Source of the DNA: a virus
DNA: 64,000 nt
IMG/VR virus record: IMGVR_UViG_3300034107_000314
Span: 1-64,000 of that record
Strand: one strand, 5' to 3'
Positions 1 through 13,000 of this stretch are shown piece after piece; the first letter of the stretch is position 1; every line of letters starts with the position of its first letter. The notes under the pieces were generated by a model that did no database searches, was not told the origin of the DNA, and saw only the letters and a program-made list of their open reading frames with translations. The position numbers were made by a program, and so were the translations under genes.

Positions 1-1
1 C

Positions 2-3022
<3,021 letters not shown>

Positions 3023-3030
3023 GGACGCCA

Positions 3031-3366
3031 ATGTTATCATTCTCACCTCTCTCAACAACCTCATTCGCATCATTAGGTGGCATCAGTCCACTTTATGTAT
3101 CTGCGATATTCAATGCCGAGGGCGATTTAGACTTATCGCCAACTATTAAATTATATGAATCGGCAACATTTGACTGTTTTGCAGATTTATCAGCAAGTTT
3201 ATACGTTGTACGTCAAATAAATGTGTATTATACTGTATACGTAACTACAGATAAAAACTACATTTCAAATTTTTATGTCAATACAGATTTAAACTACCAA
3301 TTAACTGTTACAAGATCATTAGATCTCCTTCTCAATGCAGTAAAGGAAACTCAAGATGGCTTCTGA
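3031..3366 (+). CDS. Hypothetical virion-associated protein
   Basis: 111-aa ORF tightly packed in the structural operon. Confidence 0.6.
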   Translation: MLSFSPLSTTSFASLGGISPLYVSAIFNAEGDLDLSPTIKLYESATFDCFADLSASLYVVRQINVYYTVYVTTDKNYISNFYVNTDLNYQLTVTRSLDLLLNAVKETQDGF

Positions 3367-3661
3367 AATACACTATGGTGATATTGGAGTTAACTTTAAT
3401 ATAACAGTTATGAATGGAACTGCGGTTCTCGATGTTTCTAATGCTGACGACATATATATTATATTTCAAAGGCCCGATGGTAGTGACTTAACAAAAACTG
3501 CCACTCTAGTCACAAATGGCACTGATGGAAATATAAGATATACGAGCGTTAGTGGCGACTTAGATCAAGTTGGCACATGGCAAATTCAAGCAAGAGTAGA
3601 TTTTGGGGCCAGCGTCTTTTCTACAGATATTCAAAAATTTAAAGTCTATAGGAATATATAA
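3356..3661 (+). CDS. BppU N-terminal-like (Ig-type) fibre/baseplate adaptor protein
   Basis: Pattern D.G....ITV....LDVS.A....IFQRPDG....K.A......DG.I.Y.....DLDQ.G.W.IQA.V. Confidence 0.65.
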   Translation: MASEIHYGDIGVNFNITVMNGTAVLDVSNADDIYIIFQRPDGSDLTKTATLVTNGTDGNIRYTSVSGDLDQVGTWQIQARVDFGASVFSTDIQKFKVYRNI

Positions 3662-3662
3662 T

Positions 3663-4175
3663 ATGGCATGGCAAAATGAAATGGTTATAATATTAAGACA
3701 CATCGTAGACGATCTAGATTCATTAAATTATATGTTTAGCGATTCTAGACTAGAAGAATCAATCTTAGTAGCGTCTCAACTAATACATAATGAGCTGGAA
3801 TTTAATATAGAATACACTATCGAAGTGGATAATGGATTCCTAAGCCCAGATCCAACATTAACTTCTCCTAAAGATGATGACTTTATTGCTTTGTGCTGCA
3901 TGAGAGCAGCTGTGATGCTAATGACTAGTATGATAAAAACATATTCCCTTAAATCTATATCTATACGCGATGGGGCATCTGCACTTGACACCCGTGGTAT
4001 TGTACAGGGATTAACTCAAGTGTATAAAGATATTACTACAAAATATGCAGATATGAAATTTGCATATGAAACAGGTAAACTTGGATTTGGCAAATCTATT
4101 TTAGGTCCATATTCTCCCGGTTCAGACACTGCAAATCGTGGATATGTAGACTATAGAGCTGGTTTCTTTAATTAA
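3663..4175 (+). CDS. Putative head-tail adaptor (neck) protein
   Basis: ATG at 3663 (MAWQNEM..LR....D......FSD..L). Pattern and position resemble a head-tail connector. Confidence 0.55.
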   Translation: MAWQNEMVIILRHIVDDLDSLNYMFSDSRLEESILVASQLIHNELEFNIEYTIEVDNGFLSPDPTLTSPKDDDFIALCCMRAAVMLMTSMIKTYSLKSISIRDGASALDTRGIVQGLTQVYKDITTKYADMKFAYETGKLGFGKSILGPYSPGSDTANRGYVDYRAGFFN

Positions 4176-4186
4176 AGGAGATATAA

Positions 4187-4402
4187 ATGGCAGACGTTAC
4201 ACAAAAAATTAAAAGTGGCAATGCACAACCTCAAGAGGGTCGCATTGTTCTTCAGGGGCAAAATGCATTCTTCAGTGGTTATCAAACTATCAACGCCCCT
4301 GTAAATAAAGGTTTAACTGTTGCACAATTTGAAACAGCCTTAGACTCTAGATTGGATCGTCCTCGTTATTACACATCAACACCTTCTGGATTACAGTATT
4401 AA
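4187..4402 (+). CDS. Small hypothetical protein
   Basis: Strong SD (AAGGAG) upstream; 71 aa. Confidence 0.7.
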   Translation: MADVTQKIKSGNAQPQEGRIVLQGQNAFFSGYQTINAPVNKGLTVAQFETALDSRLDRPRYYTSTPSGLQY

Positions 4403-4404
4403 TT

Positions 4405-4914
4405 ATGGCTATTTCTCTACCGGATAATATATTCGATATCTTTAATGAGACTGTAGATAATATCTGGAGTAGAAATATAACATTAGTATATCCAGAGATT
4501 AGAGAAGAGTGTCCAAACTGCACATTCAATGGATCTCGGTCTAATGGTATATATAAAACCGGAGGACCATATCCTTTTGAAGATGGATTTTTATGTCCAT
4601 ATTGTGAAGGCGCTGGATATAAAATGGTTGAAACAACAGAGCAAATTCAGGCTAGGGTCTATTACTCTCAAAAAGAATGGGTAAAGATCGGTCCACAGGT
4701 CCAACTCCCTAATGCCGTAGCTCAAATTGTAGCAAAGATAACTGACTTACCCAAGTTGCAAAAAGCTAAATACTGTATACCTCATTACTATCCAGAGGTT
4801 GATAATTATAATAATCAAAGACTACAGAGGGTTAGTGATTTTTATCCACAGGGATTTTTGCAAAACCCGGTAAGGTATGTTGTAACATTTTGGAATGCAT
4901 ACAATGAATCTTAA
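4405..4914 (+). CDS. Putative head-closure/neck protein with CxxC...CxxC motif
   Basis: CPNC...CPYC.G.G zinc-finger insert; position in the neck cluster. Confidence 0.55.
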   Translation: MAISLPDNIFDIFNETVDNIWSRNITLVYPEIREECPNCTFNGSRSNGIYKTGGPYPFEDGFLCPYCEGAGYKMVETTEQIQARVYYSQKEWVKIGPQVQLPNAVAQIVAKITDLPKLQKAKYCIPHYYPEVDNYNNQRLQRVSDFYPQGFLQNPVRYVVTFWNAYNES

Positions 4915-5530
4915 AGGAAATATTAAACTTATTGATTCTAGTTCTAAAATATCATCTAATATATTAAAAGCTTTAACAGATGAATTAAAAACTATTATCG
5001 CTAAGAAGAGACCAAAGATAGAATCAGAAATTAAAACAGTTATTAGATCAGCTTTATTAAAATCTCCTGAAATACAATCCCTAAAGGACGGTATACTAAA
5101 ATTTGATTTTGGTTTAGATTTTGACCCCTCTGATGAATTAGTAAATGCTATTATTAATGCCACCTATGTATATTTTAGATCTTTTAGATTAAATTTAAAT
5201 GGGGCATCGAACGCACTGAGTATTTATATCCAACCCTCTGATTTCTCCAACTTGCTAAGTAATAATTTTGCTCAAATCACTACAGAAAAAGGCGTTAGTT
5301 TGCCTTGGTTGCAATGGTTGTTAACAGAGGGTGATGCAATCGTAGTAACTCAATATAGTGTAGAATATGGGCCAAGCTCGTCTAGTCGTTCTGGTGGTGC
5401 AACAATGAAAGTGGGAGGAGTCTTTAAAGTTAATTCAGCTTTCTCTGGTACAGTTGATGATAATTTTATTACTCGCGCTTTAGAAGGTTATCAAGATAAA
5501 ATTCAACAGATTATAAGGGACAATATATGA
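4904..5530 (+). CDS. Putative neck/tail-completion protein
   Basis: Synteny; LPWL.WLL..G and NFITRAL C-terminal motifs. Start reassigned to the ATG at 4904. Confidence 0.5.
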   Translation: MNLKGNIKLIDSSSKISSNILKALTDELKTIIAKKRPKIESEIKTVIRSALLKSPEIQSLKDGILKFDFGLDFDPSDELVNAIINATYVYFRSFRLNLNGASNALSIYIQPSDFSNLLSNNFAQITTEKGVSLPWLQWLLTEGDAIVVTQYSVEYGPSSSSRSGGATMKVGGVFKVNSAFSGTVDDNFITRALEGYQDKIQQIIRDNI

Positions 5531-6504
5531 GTTATAATCCCGGATTAGTTGGCATAGAAAATACTCAAGATTCAGCACTTTCTAATATTTTGCTAGATAA
5601 CTTTGTTGCATTCTACGACTGGGGTTTGATGGATAAAGGTGGTTTTTCTAATCTTACAATACCAAATTCAGGAATGTATGGTGGGTCAAAAACAACTTTA
5701 AGAATTGCACAAGACCCTAATTATCCCAATGGAAAAGTATGGCAAGCATTTAAAGAAAACTGGGTGTGGGAAACGGGCATATCAAAAACAACACAACCTA
5801 TACAAATTTCTGGTGTATATGTAAATAACAATTTCATACCCTATACATACAATGCAACTTCAGGATATTATGTTGGAGCTGGCCCATCTGGTTATAGAAT
5901 TAATTATCCTGATGGAAGAGTGATATTTAATAATGCAATACCGACAAGCTCTACTGTGCAATTAAACTATAGCTATAGATGGGCTAAAGTAGACAAAGCT
6001 GAAGGTGTTCCATTTTTTAGACAAATTCAAAATAATAGTTTAAAAATAGATCAGAACTTTCTTACTGGTTCTGGTGAGTGGGCGCAGCTGGGGCAAACGA
6101 GGGTTCAATTACCAGCAATTTTTGTAGAAGTTGTTCCTAATAGAACGTATCAAGGTTTACAGTTAGGTGGTGGCCAATGGGCAAATACAGATATTCTATT
6201 TTATGTATTATCTAATCGTGAATCGGATTGTTCAAATATACAAAATATTATTTCTTATCAAAATGATAGGATTATAACATTATTCAACAGCAATAAAATA
6301 TCAAAGAGTGGGGCATATGGATTATCTTTTAACGGCAATCTATCGGATAAGAAATACTCCTATCCTTACTTATTAGAGAATTACCCCTATCAATCGTGTA
6401 CTATAAGAGATACAAAAATTAATAATATAGCTCAACTATCGGTTGATTTTTATATCGGAACTGTTAGGTGTTCAACTCAAGTAGAATTGACATCTTTAAC
6501 TTAA
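5527..6504 (+). CDS. Putative tail terminator protein
   Basis: Immediately upstream of the tail tube gene; V.LPAIFVE....Y...QLGGG motif. Confidence 0.5.
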   Translation: MSYNPGLVGIENTQDSALSNILLDNFVAFYDWGLMDKGGFSNLTIPNSGMYGGSKTTLRIAQDPNYPNGKVWQAFKENWVWETGISKTTQPIQISGVYVNNNFIPYTYNATSGYYVGAGPSGYRINYPDGRVIFNNAIPTSSTVQLNYSYRWAKVDKAEGVPFFRQIQNNSLKIDQNFLTGSGEWAQLGQTRVQLPAIFVEVVPNRTYQGLQLGGGQWANTDILFYVLSNRESDCSNIQNIISYQNDRIITLFNSNKISKSGAYGLSFNGNLSDKKYSYPYLLENYPYQSCTIRDTKINNIAQLSVDFYIGTVRCSTQVELTSLT

Positions 6505-6507
6505 AAA

Positions 6508-6522
6508 TGTGTATAGCTTAAT
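6508..6522 (+). promoter_or_regulatory. Putative phage late promoter TGTGTA-N5-TAAT
   Basis: TGTGTA TAGCT TAAT in the gap before the tail tube gene; same motif at 9911, 36793 and 63463 (- strand). Confidence 0.6.
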
Positions 6523-6566
6523 AGCTTAAAGCTTCCTTAATATAGATCTATAACGGAGAACAAAAC

Positions 6567-7610
6567 ATGGCAAATAATCGTATTTTTTATGCAGTCCAAG
6601 CTTTAGGAATTGAATCTCCTAGTGCTAGTGGAAACGGTATCCCTCTTATGGAAGATACTGGTAGTGGCACTATCACTTGGATGAAGGGTGTTCAGAGTGT
6701 TGGTATCACCACAAATTTCAATCTTGAACAAGCTTTTGAACTTGGCCAACTTGCTATTTATGAAAACATTGAAAATATTCCTGAAATTGAAGTGACAGCT
6801 GAAAAGGTTATTGATGGACACGAATTACTTTACTTAACCTCTTGTCCAAGTGGAAATGCAAATATTGTTGTTGCGTCTAATCAAAAAGCTGGTGTTTATC
6901 TAGCTATTTATAATGATGCATTGACATCTGCTAGTGGAACAACAGGTGCTGTTGGAATTGTTTATTGCTCTGGTATGAGACCAAGTACTGTTAGTTATAC
7001 ATTCCCAGTTGAAGGTAATTCCACAGAATCCATCACTCTTGTTGGCAATGATAAAGTTTGGGTAACTGGAGTTCCTCAGTCTGGAGTGACTGGTGGAGCT
7101 GGAGTTAATTTAGGCTCTGGAAACTACCCAGTGTTTCCGGGTATTGACGGCACTGCCCAGTCTCCAACTGGAACAATATTCCGTAGACAGCACTTTGTTA
7201 CTGCTAGCTCTCAATTACCGAATGAAATTAACGTTGCTACAAGTTCTGGTAAAATCCAAAGTATCAGCGCTAGCGTTGATCTTGGTCGCGAAAATATCTT
7301 TGAACTTGGCTCATTCCGTCCATATACAAAGTTCACTTCATTCCCTGTTGCTACAACTTGTGATATTGAAGTCATTTCTTTGAGTGGCGATAGAGTCAAT
7401 GCGGCTGGATCTGGTGGCAATTTGTCAAATAATGAGATTAAATTAATGTTCTTAAATGGTAGCAGATGGCTCAAAATTGAACTAGGTTCTCAAAATAAAC
7501 TGACAAGTGTTAACTATACAGGTGGGGATGCTGGTGGTGGTAATGCTACTATGACATTCTCATATCAAGGCTTTAATTCCTTTAAAGTCTCCACAGGCGT
7601 CCAATCATAA
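6567..7610 (+). CDS. Major tail tube protein (internally duplicated tube domain)
   Basis: Position upstream of the chaperones and TMP; GGAG SD; two related halves (GVQSVGITTNFNLEQAFELG / KIQSISASVDLGRENIFELG). Confidence 0.8.
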   Translation: MANNRIFYAVQALGIESPSASGNGIPLMEDTGSGTITWMKGVQSVGITTNFNLEQAFELGQLAIYENIENIPEIEVTAEKVIDGHELLYLTSCPSGNANIVVASNQKAGVYLAIYNDALTSASGTTGAVGIVYCSGMRPSTVSYTFPVEGNSTESITLVGNDKVWVTGVPQSGVTGGAGVNLGSGNYPVFPGIDGTAQSPTGTIFRRQHFVTASSQLPNEINVATSSGKIQSISASVDLGRENIFELGSFRPYTKFTSFPVATTCDIEVISLSGDRVNAAGSGGNLSNNEIKLMFLNGSRWLKIELGSQNKLTSVNYTGGDAGGGNATMTFSYQGFNSFKVSTGVQS

Positions 7611-7629
7611 AAATAGTTAGGCTATTAGG

Positions 7630-8670
7630 ATGGATAACAAGGATTTTTTAATGTATCGCATAATGAAAGGCCGTCTCCGCTTTTGCAGGGACGGTCTTTT
7701 CTTATATATCAAAGAACCGACCCCTGATACTATGTATGAGTCTATTGCAGTTTATCAGGAGTTTTACGATAAGGCATATGGATCTGGCGCTTTTTTAAAA
7801 GATGAGATATCAGAAATATTAATGGATAAAAATCTATATTCTCCATTCGACGATCAAGATATTGAGAAATATAAAAAGGATATAGAAGAATTAAAACATG
7901 AATGCTACAAAAATTTTCATAGACAAAAAGAATTATACGGTATAAAATATCTTATTAAAAAGACAGAAGATATGATTAATAAGATTTATAGGAAAAAAAA
8001 TCAGTTAGATCATATCACATGCGAAGGCGTAGCGTCACTAGCGCAATGGAACTGGATTATTGAACAGTCAACATATTATGTAGATACAGATAAACTATAC
8101 GATTGGCAATCTTTAAGTCTAAGTACAGTGATGGGAATCTATGAGGATTCTGTAATATTAACTGAAGATTTTAGAGCTATAGCAAGATCAAACAGCTGGA
8201 GACCTATGTGGAATTTAGGAAAAAAAACCGGAGATTTATTTTCTAATCCATCTTCAATGCTTACTAGGGATCAAATCATGTTAGCATCATTCTCTTCTAT
8301 GTATGATTCTGTATATGAAAGTCCAGAAAGCCCTCCAGAAAAAGTTATAGAAGATGATGATTGTTTAGACGGGTGGTTTATTGATCAAAGAAAGAAAAAT
8401 GAAAAATATAAAAAGGAACAAGAGGCCGAAACTATTATCACTAATAAAAAAATAGCAAACTCTAGTGAGATATTTATAGTTGCTCAGACTCCTCAAGAAA
8501 TAGATTATATTGATTCATTAAATAATATTCAGGCGAAGCAGGTAAAGAGGGGAAGAATGGATCAGTTGATGGAAAAGGGGACAATTAAGGACATTGAGTT
8601 TAATGATGTGTTACTTGATTTGCAAGTACAACAAAATAGTAGTATTATTAATAGAGCTAAAGGAAAATAA
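7630..8670 (+). CDS. Tail assembly chaperone (long, GT-like form)
   Basis: Lies between the tube gene and TMP; N-terminal half aligns by eye to 9025..9909. Confidence 0.6.
   Translation: MDNKDFLMYRIMKGRLRFCRDGLFLYIKEPTPDTMYESIAVYQEFYDKAYGSGAFLKDEISEILMDKNLYSPFDDQDIEKYKKDIEELKHECYKNFHRQKELYGIKYLIKKTEDMINKIYRKKNQLDHITCEGVASLAQWNWIIEQSTYYVDTDKLYDWQSLSLSTVMGIYEDSVILTEDFRAIARSNSWRPMWNLGKKTGDLFSNPSSMLTRDQIMLASFSSMYDSVYESPESPPEKVIEDDDCLDGWFIDQRKKNEKYKKEQEAETIITNKKIANSSEIFIVAQTPQEIDYIDSLNNIQAKQVKRGRMDQLMEKGTIKDIEFNDVLLDLQVQQNSSIINRAKGK
7666..7700 (+). terminator. Intrinsic terminator-like hairpin inside the 5' end of the next gene
   Basis: AAAGGCCGTCTC-CGCTTTTGCA-GGGACGGTCTTTT; GC-rich stem plus T tract just downstream of the tail tube gene. 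Confidence 0.6.
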
Positions 8671-8671
8671 C

Positions 8672-9022
8672 ATGGATAATCTTTCAAATTATTTAAAAAA
8701 ATCTTTTGAATTAAAGCAGCGGGGAGAAGAGAAGCGCAAAGAAATGTCCAAAGATAAACTTTTTGGCATTGCTAAGAAAAAAATTCAAACTACAATGATT
8801 GGATCAATATCTAGCATTGAAAATAACTTTGGATTTTTATGGGATGTGGAAAATCCTACTTCAGAACAAAAACAGCTGAAGAATATTTTTGAAGAACTGC
8901 GGTCGGAAATCCTTGATCGTGGTAATACACAAATAAGGAACTTGGAAAATGAGTTTACTCATTATGAAATTTCATGGAAAAAGTATACCATGAATTTACC
9001 TTTTATTAAACGAGGAGAATAA
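8672..9022 (+). CDS. Hypothetical protein (tail assembly region)
   Basis: ATG at 8672 (MDNLSNY) right after the upstream stop, with an AAGGA SD. Confidence 0.7.
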   Translation: MDNLSNYLKKSFELKQRGEEKRKEMSKDKLFGIAKKKIQTTMIGSISSIENNFGFLWDVENPTSEQKQLKNIFEELRSEILDRGNTQIRNLENEFTHYEISWKKYTMNLPFIKRGE

Positions 9023-9024
9023 CT

Positions 9025-9909
9025 ATGTCAGAAGGATTAAGGACGGTTGTTGAAGGTGATGTTACGGTTCTTGTTAAGAAACCAACCCGTAAAGACCTTA
9101 ATGAATCTCAAATTGTTTATAATAAAGCATGGAGAAAGTCTCTTGAGGAAAACGCTATTCTCCGTCAAAAATTAAATGATTATTTAATTGAGCAGGGCGT
9201 ATGGAGTGATGCTAAGCAAAAGCAATATGAAGGATATATTACAAAGATTAATGATAGAGAGCTTTTAATTAAAAAGGGTGGTATTCCACTTAAAAAGGCA
9301 AAAGCTATCGCTCTTGAATTAAGAAAGCTAAGAACTGAATTCAGAGAATTAATCGCAGAGCGAACAGGATATGATAATAATACAGCCGAAGGCACAGCAG
9401 ACAATACAAGGTTTGATTATCTAGTCTCTGTGTGTGTACTTGACCCATCTACCAAACAACCTGTGTTCAAGGATGTTGATGATTATAATGAACGGGGCAA
9501 TGAGCCTTGGGCAGTTAAAGCTGCTAGCGAGCTTGCTAATTTCTTATATAATCTTGATCCTAACTATGAAAGTAATCTTCCTGAAAATGATTTCTTGAAG
9601 AAGTTTAAATTTACGGATGATAAGGGTAGATTGATTAACAAAGATAAGCATCTTATCTCAGTTGATGAAAATGGAGTCGAAAGACTTATTGATGAAGACG
9701 GTTATTTCATAGCGTATGAAGCAGATGGCACGAAATACTACATCAATAGAGAAGGTCATAGGGTTGAAAAAGATGAGGATATTGTTAAGCAACCGTTCTT
9801 GGATGATGATGGCAATGCTATTGATCCAGATGCAGTTGAGTCCGAACCTGAAGAAAAGCCTCCAGAAGTTGTTAAAACTAAAAAAAAGAAAGCTGATTCT
9901 ACTGAATAA
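9025..9909 (+). CDS. Tail assembly chaperone (G-like form)
   Basis: GAGGAG SD; directly precedes the TMP; paralogous to 7630..8670. Confidence 0.6.
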   Translation: MSEGLRTVVEGDVTVLVKKPTRKDLNESQIVYNKAWRKSLEENAILRQKLNDYLIEQGVWSDAKQKQYEGYITKINDRELLIKKGGIPLKKAKAIALELRKLRTEFRELIAERTGYDNNTAEGTADNTRFDYLVSVCVLDPSTKQPVFKDVDDYNERGNEPWAVKAASELANFLYNLDPNYESNLPENDFLKKFKFTDDKGRLINKDKHLISVDENGVERLIDEDGYFIAYEADGTKYYINREGHRVEKDEDIVKQPFLDDDGNAIDPDAVESEPEEKPPEVVKTKKKKADSTE

Positions 9910-9910
9910 T

Positions 9911-9925
9911 TGTGTAATATATAAT
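9911..9925 (+). promoter_or_regulatory. Putative late promoter TGTGTA-N5-TAAT
   Basis: TGTGTA ATATA TAAT in the intergenic region before the TMP. Confidence 0.6.
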
Positions 9926-9942
9926 TAGGATGGAAAGTAGCT

Positions 9943-9997
9943 ACATGCTGGATAGTGTCCAATACATATTAAGATGCTTCCGGCATGTTTATTTTTT
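9943..9997 (+). terminator. Long hairpin plus U-rich tail in the TMP leader (attenuator/terminator-like)
   Basis: ACATGCTGGA(9943)/TCCGGCATGT(9988) outer stem, AGTGTC/GATGCT inner stem, then TTATTTTTT. Confidence 0.5.
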
Positions 9998-10012
9998 ATA
10001 GGAATAAAATAA

Positions 10013-13000
10013 ATGGCTCAAAAGTTCACAATAACTGCTGAATTAAACTTACAAACTAAAAATTTAAGTCAGGTTGTCAACAATTTAAAGCAGCAGTTCC
10101 AAGGGGCCAATTTAAATATTAAAATTAAAGATTTGGCCGCTGCTGAATCTTCAGTTCGTAATATTTCTAAAGGTGCTAAAGATGCTCAAAAATCTTTCTC
10201 TTCTTTAGGTGGAAGTATAGCGGCAGCAGCAAAACGCTTCTCGGCTATTACTCTTGCCACAGGAACCTTCGTTGGCTTAACTAGAGCTATTAAAAATTCT
10301 ATTGGTGCAGCTATTGAATTCGACAGAGAAATGATAAAAATTTCTCAAGCGACTGGAAAAACAGTTAGCCAATTACAAAGCTTAAAAAATGAAGTTGGTA
10401 GTGTAGCATCTACTTTTGGTGTTTCATCTAAAGAACTTATAGAAGCTGCTAGAAATTTAACTCAAGCTGGCTTTGCCGCTGATAAAGTTTCTGGGTCATT
10501 AAAATTATTAGCCCAGACTGACTTAGCAGCTACATTCGATTCTATCGCTGATACCACAGAAGGCGTGATCGCAGTTTTGAGTCAGTTCGGTAGACAAGCT
10601 ATGCAATCGGGTACTGAAGTACAGTTCCTTGAGAAGTCTTTATCTGCAATTAATCAAGTTTCTAAAGAATTTGCTGTTGAGTCTGGAGACTTAATCACAG
10701 CTATTAGAACTACAGGTTCTGCTTTCGAAACTGCTGGCGGTAGTCTTGATGAATTAATTGCATTATTTACATCGGTTAGAGCAACAACACGCGAATCGGC
10801 TGAGAGTATCGCAACGGGTTTTAGAACAATCTTTACAAGAACTCAACGTCTTGATACAATTAACAATCTTAAAAAATTGGGAATTGAATTACAGGATGCT
10901 GAGGGTAAATTCGTTGGCCCGATGGAAGCTGTTAAAAGATTAAGTATAGCCCTCAATACTATTGATCCTAAAGATTTTAGATTCAATCTCATCGTCGAAC
11001 AGTTAGGTGGATTTAGACAAGTTTCTAAAGTTATTCCGCTTATTCAACAATTTGCCACTGCTCAAAAAGCTCTTAGTGTAGCGCAGGGCGCTAGTGGTTC
11101 GTTGGCAAAAGATGCCGCAACCGCACAACAATCATTGTCAGTACAAATACAAAAGACAAGAGAAGAATTTTCTAGATTTATTCGTGAACTAACCGAGAGT
11201 AAAACCTTTAAGGATACTGTCGGCTTTTTGCTAGACATGGCTAACGCTTTTATTAAAGTGGCAGATACGTTAAAGCCATTGATACCTATGATTGCTGGAT
11301 TTGGCGCTATAAAATTAGGCCAGAGTTTGCTTCCGGGTATACAGTCACTCGTAGGAGCTAAGAAAAAATCCCAAGGCGGTAGAGTTCATGCCTTTGCTAG
11401 TGGTGGCGTTGTTCCCGGTCACGGTAATGGTGACACAGTTCCGGCTATGCTTACTCCGGGCGAGTTTGTTATTAGAAAAAGTTCTGTTAAGAAATTGGGT
11501 GCTGATAATTTAGCTAGAGCTAATAAATATGGCATAGGTGGCGAAGTACAATATTATAAAGAAGCTGGCGAAGTAAAAGAAAACGACCCCAACAAAAGAG
11601 ATATATCCAAGGTTCAAGAAAATATCAAAGCTGTAAAGTATACAACACAAGAAAGAGCGGAATCTAAAAATATCGCAGAAGGCGATTTGCCGATGGTGGG
11701 GAAAAAGGGAGAAACAAAAAAGAAAGCTATACCATTTGATATCGGTGCAGCGTTCTTAAGACCGGGAGGTAGAAAAGCAGACACCACTGGCTTTGTACCT
11801 ATACCAAAAGACCAAGAGATAGCTCAAGCAGCATCTAGCACAATATTAGGCGAAAAATTCTATCAAGGTTTTAAAGATTCAGACAAAGAAGGCGAAAGAG
11901 GTGTATATTATAAATTACACTCTAGGTCACTCGCTGATCCCGCCTCAACACAAATAGAAAGTAAAATACAAAGTAAAGTCATTGAAGCTGTTGATGAGTC
12001 TGCTGATATAGTTTCAAATATGACAGGCGTCAAAGCTGACGATGCTCAACTAGGAAAAATATTAAAAAAGGCAAACATAGATCAAGTTAGTGGTAATATC
12101 TTTGAAGCCATGTTGCTTAATTTAAATGCTCCATTTGACTCAGCAGATACTTCTTCAGTTTCTTTTGACTTTAAAGAAGGTTTAGGAAATGTAGCTGGTC
12201 TATTTGACGATGCCCAAAGCTTAGTTTCAAATCCTACAGATGCCAGAAATTCTTTCACAACAGATTCTATTAAAAAAATTGCTCCAAAAATTACAAACTT
12301 AGTAAAAGAAGAAGTGGACAAAGTAGATCTTAAACAGCTTACTGCTGAAAAAATACCATATTTAATAAATGCGGATAAAACAGGCGGGGGTCTTCGTTTG
12401 TCAGATTACACTTCTTTAACTGGTAAAAAAAGTGCAACAACTGATGAGATTCAAGCAAGTTTAAATAAAGCTGGATATACTCTAAAACCCACAACAAAGG
12501 GTAGATATTCTATTGTCAAAGGGGTAGCAGAAGATGAAGAATTTGCAATGGGTGGCTCTCCATCAGGCTCAGACACTGTTCCAGCCATGCTTACTCCCGG
12601 CGAATTCGTTATTAATAAAAAGTCTGCTCAAAAAATTGGTAGCTCTGCTTTAAATAAAATGAATAAAGTTGGTAAGTTTGCCGATGGTGGCCCCGTTCAA
12701 TATTTAAATCCGGGTGGAAATGTTGGAAAGTTTGGGAAAGTTTCGGGCGCAACTGCTCTTGGTGGAGCTAAAGCTAGCCCGTTCCAAGCGTACTCAACTA
12801 AGGCTGCTGGGTTTAACCCGCCTCCATCAGGTCCACCAAATAACCCTAGCTCCAACGCTGCCGCCTCTCAAGCTAGTCAAGCTTTACAAGAAGTTGGAAC
12901 AGCTGCAACATCGCTAAAAGATCAGTTAAACGCAGTGATCGAATCAACTTCAAACGCTGGGGCTGGAATTTTTCTTTTAGGATCTGCGATCTCTTCGGTC

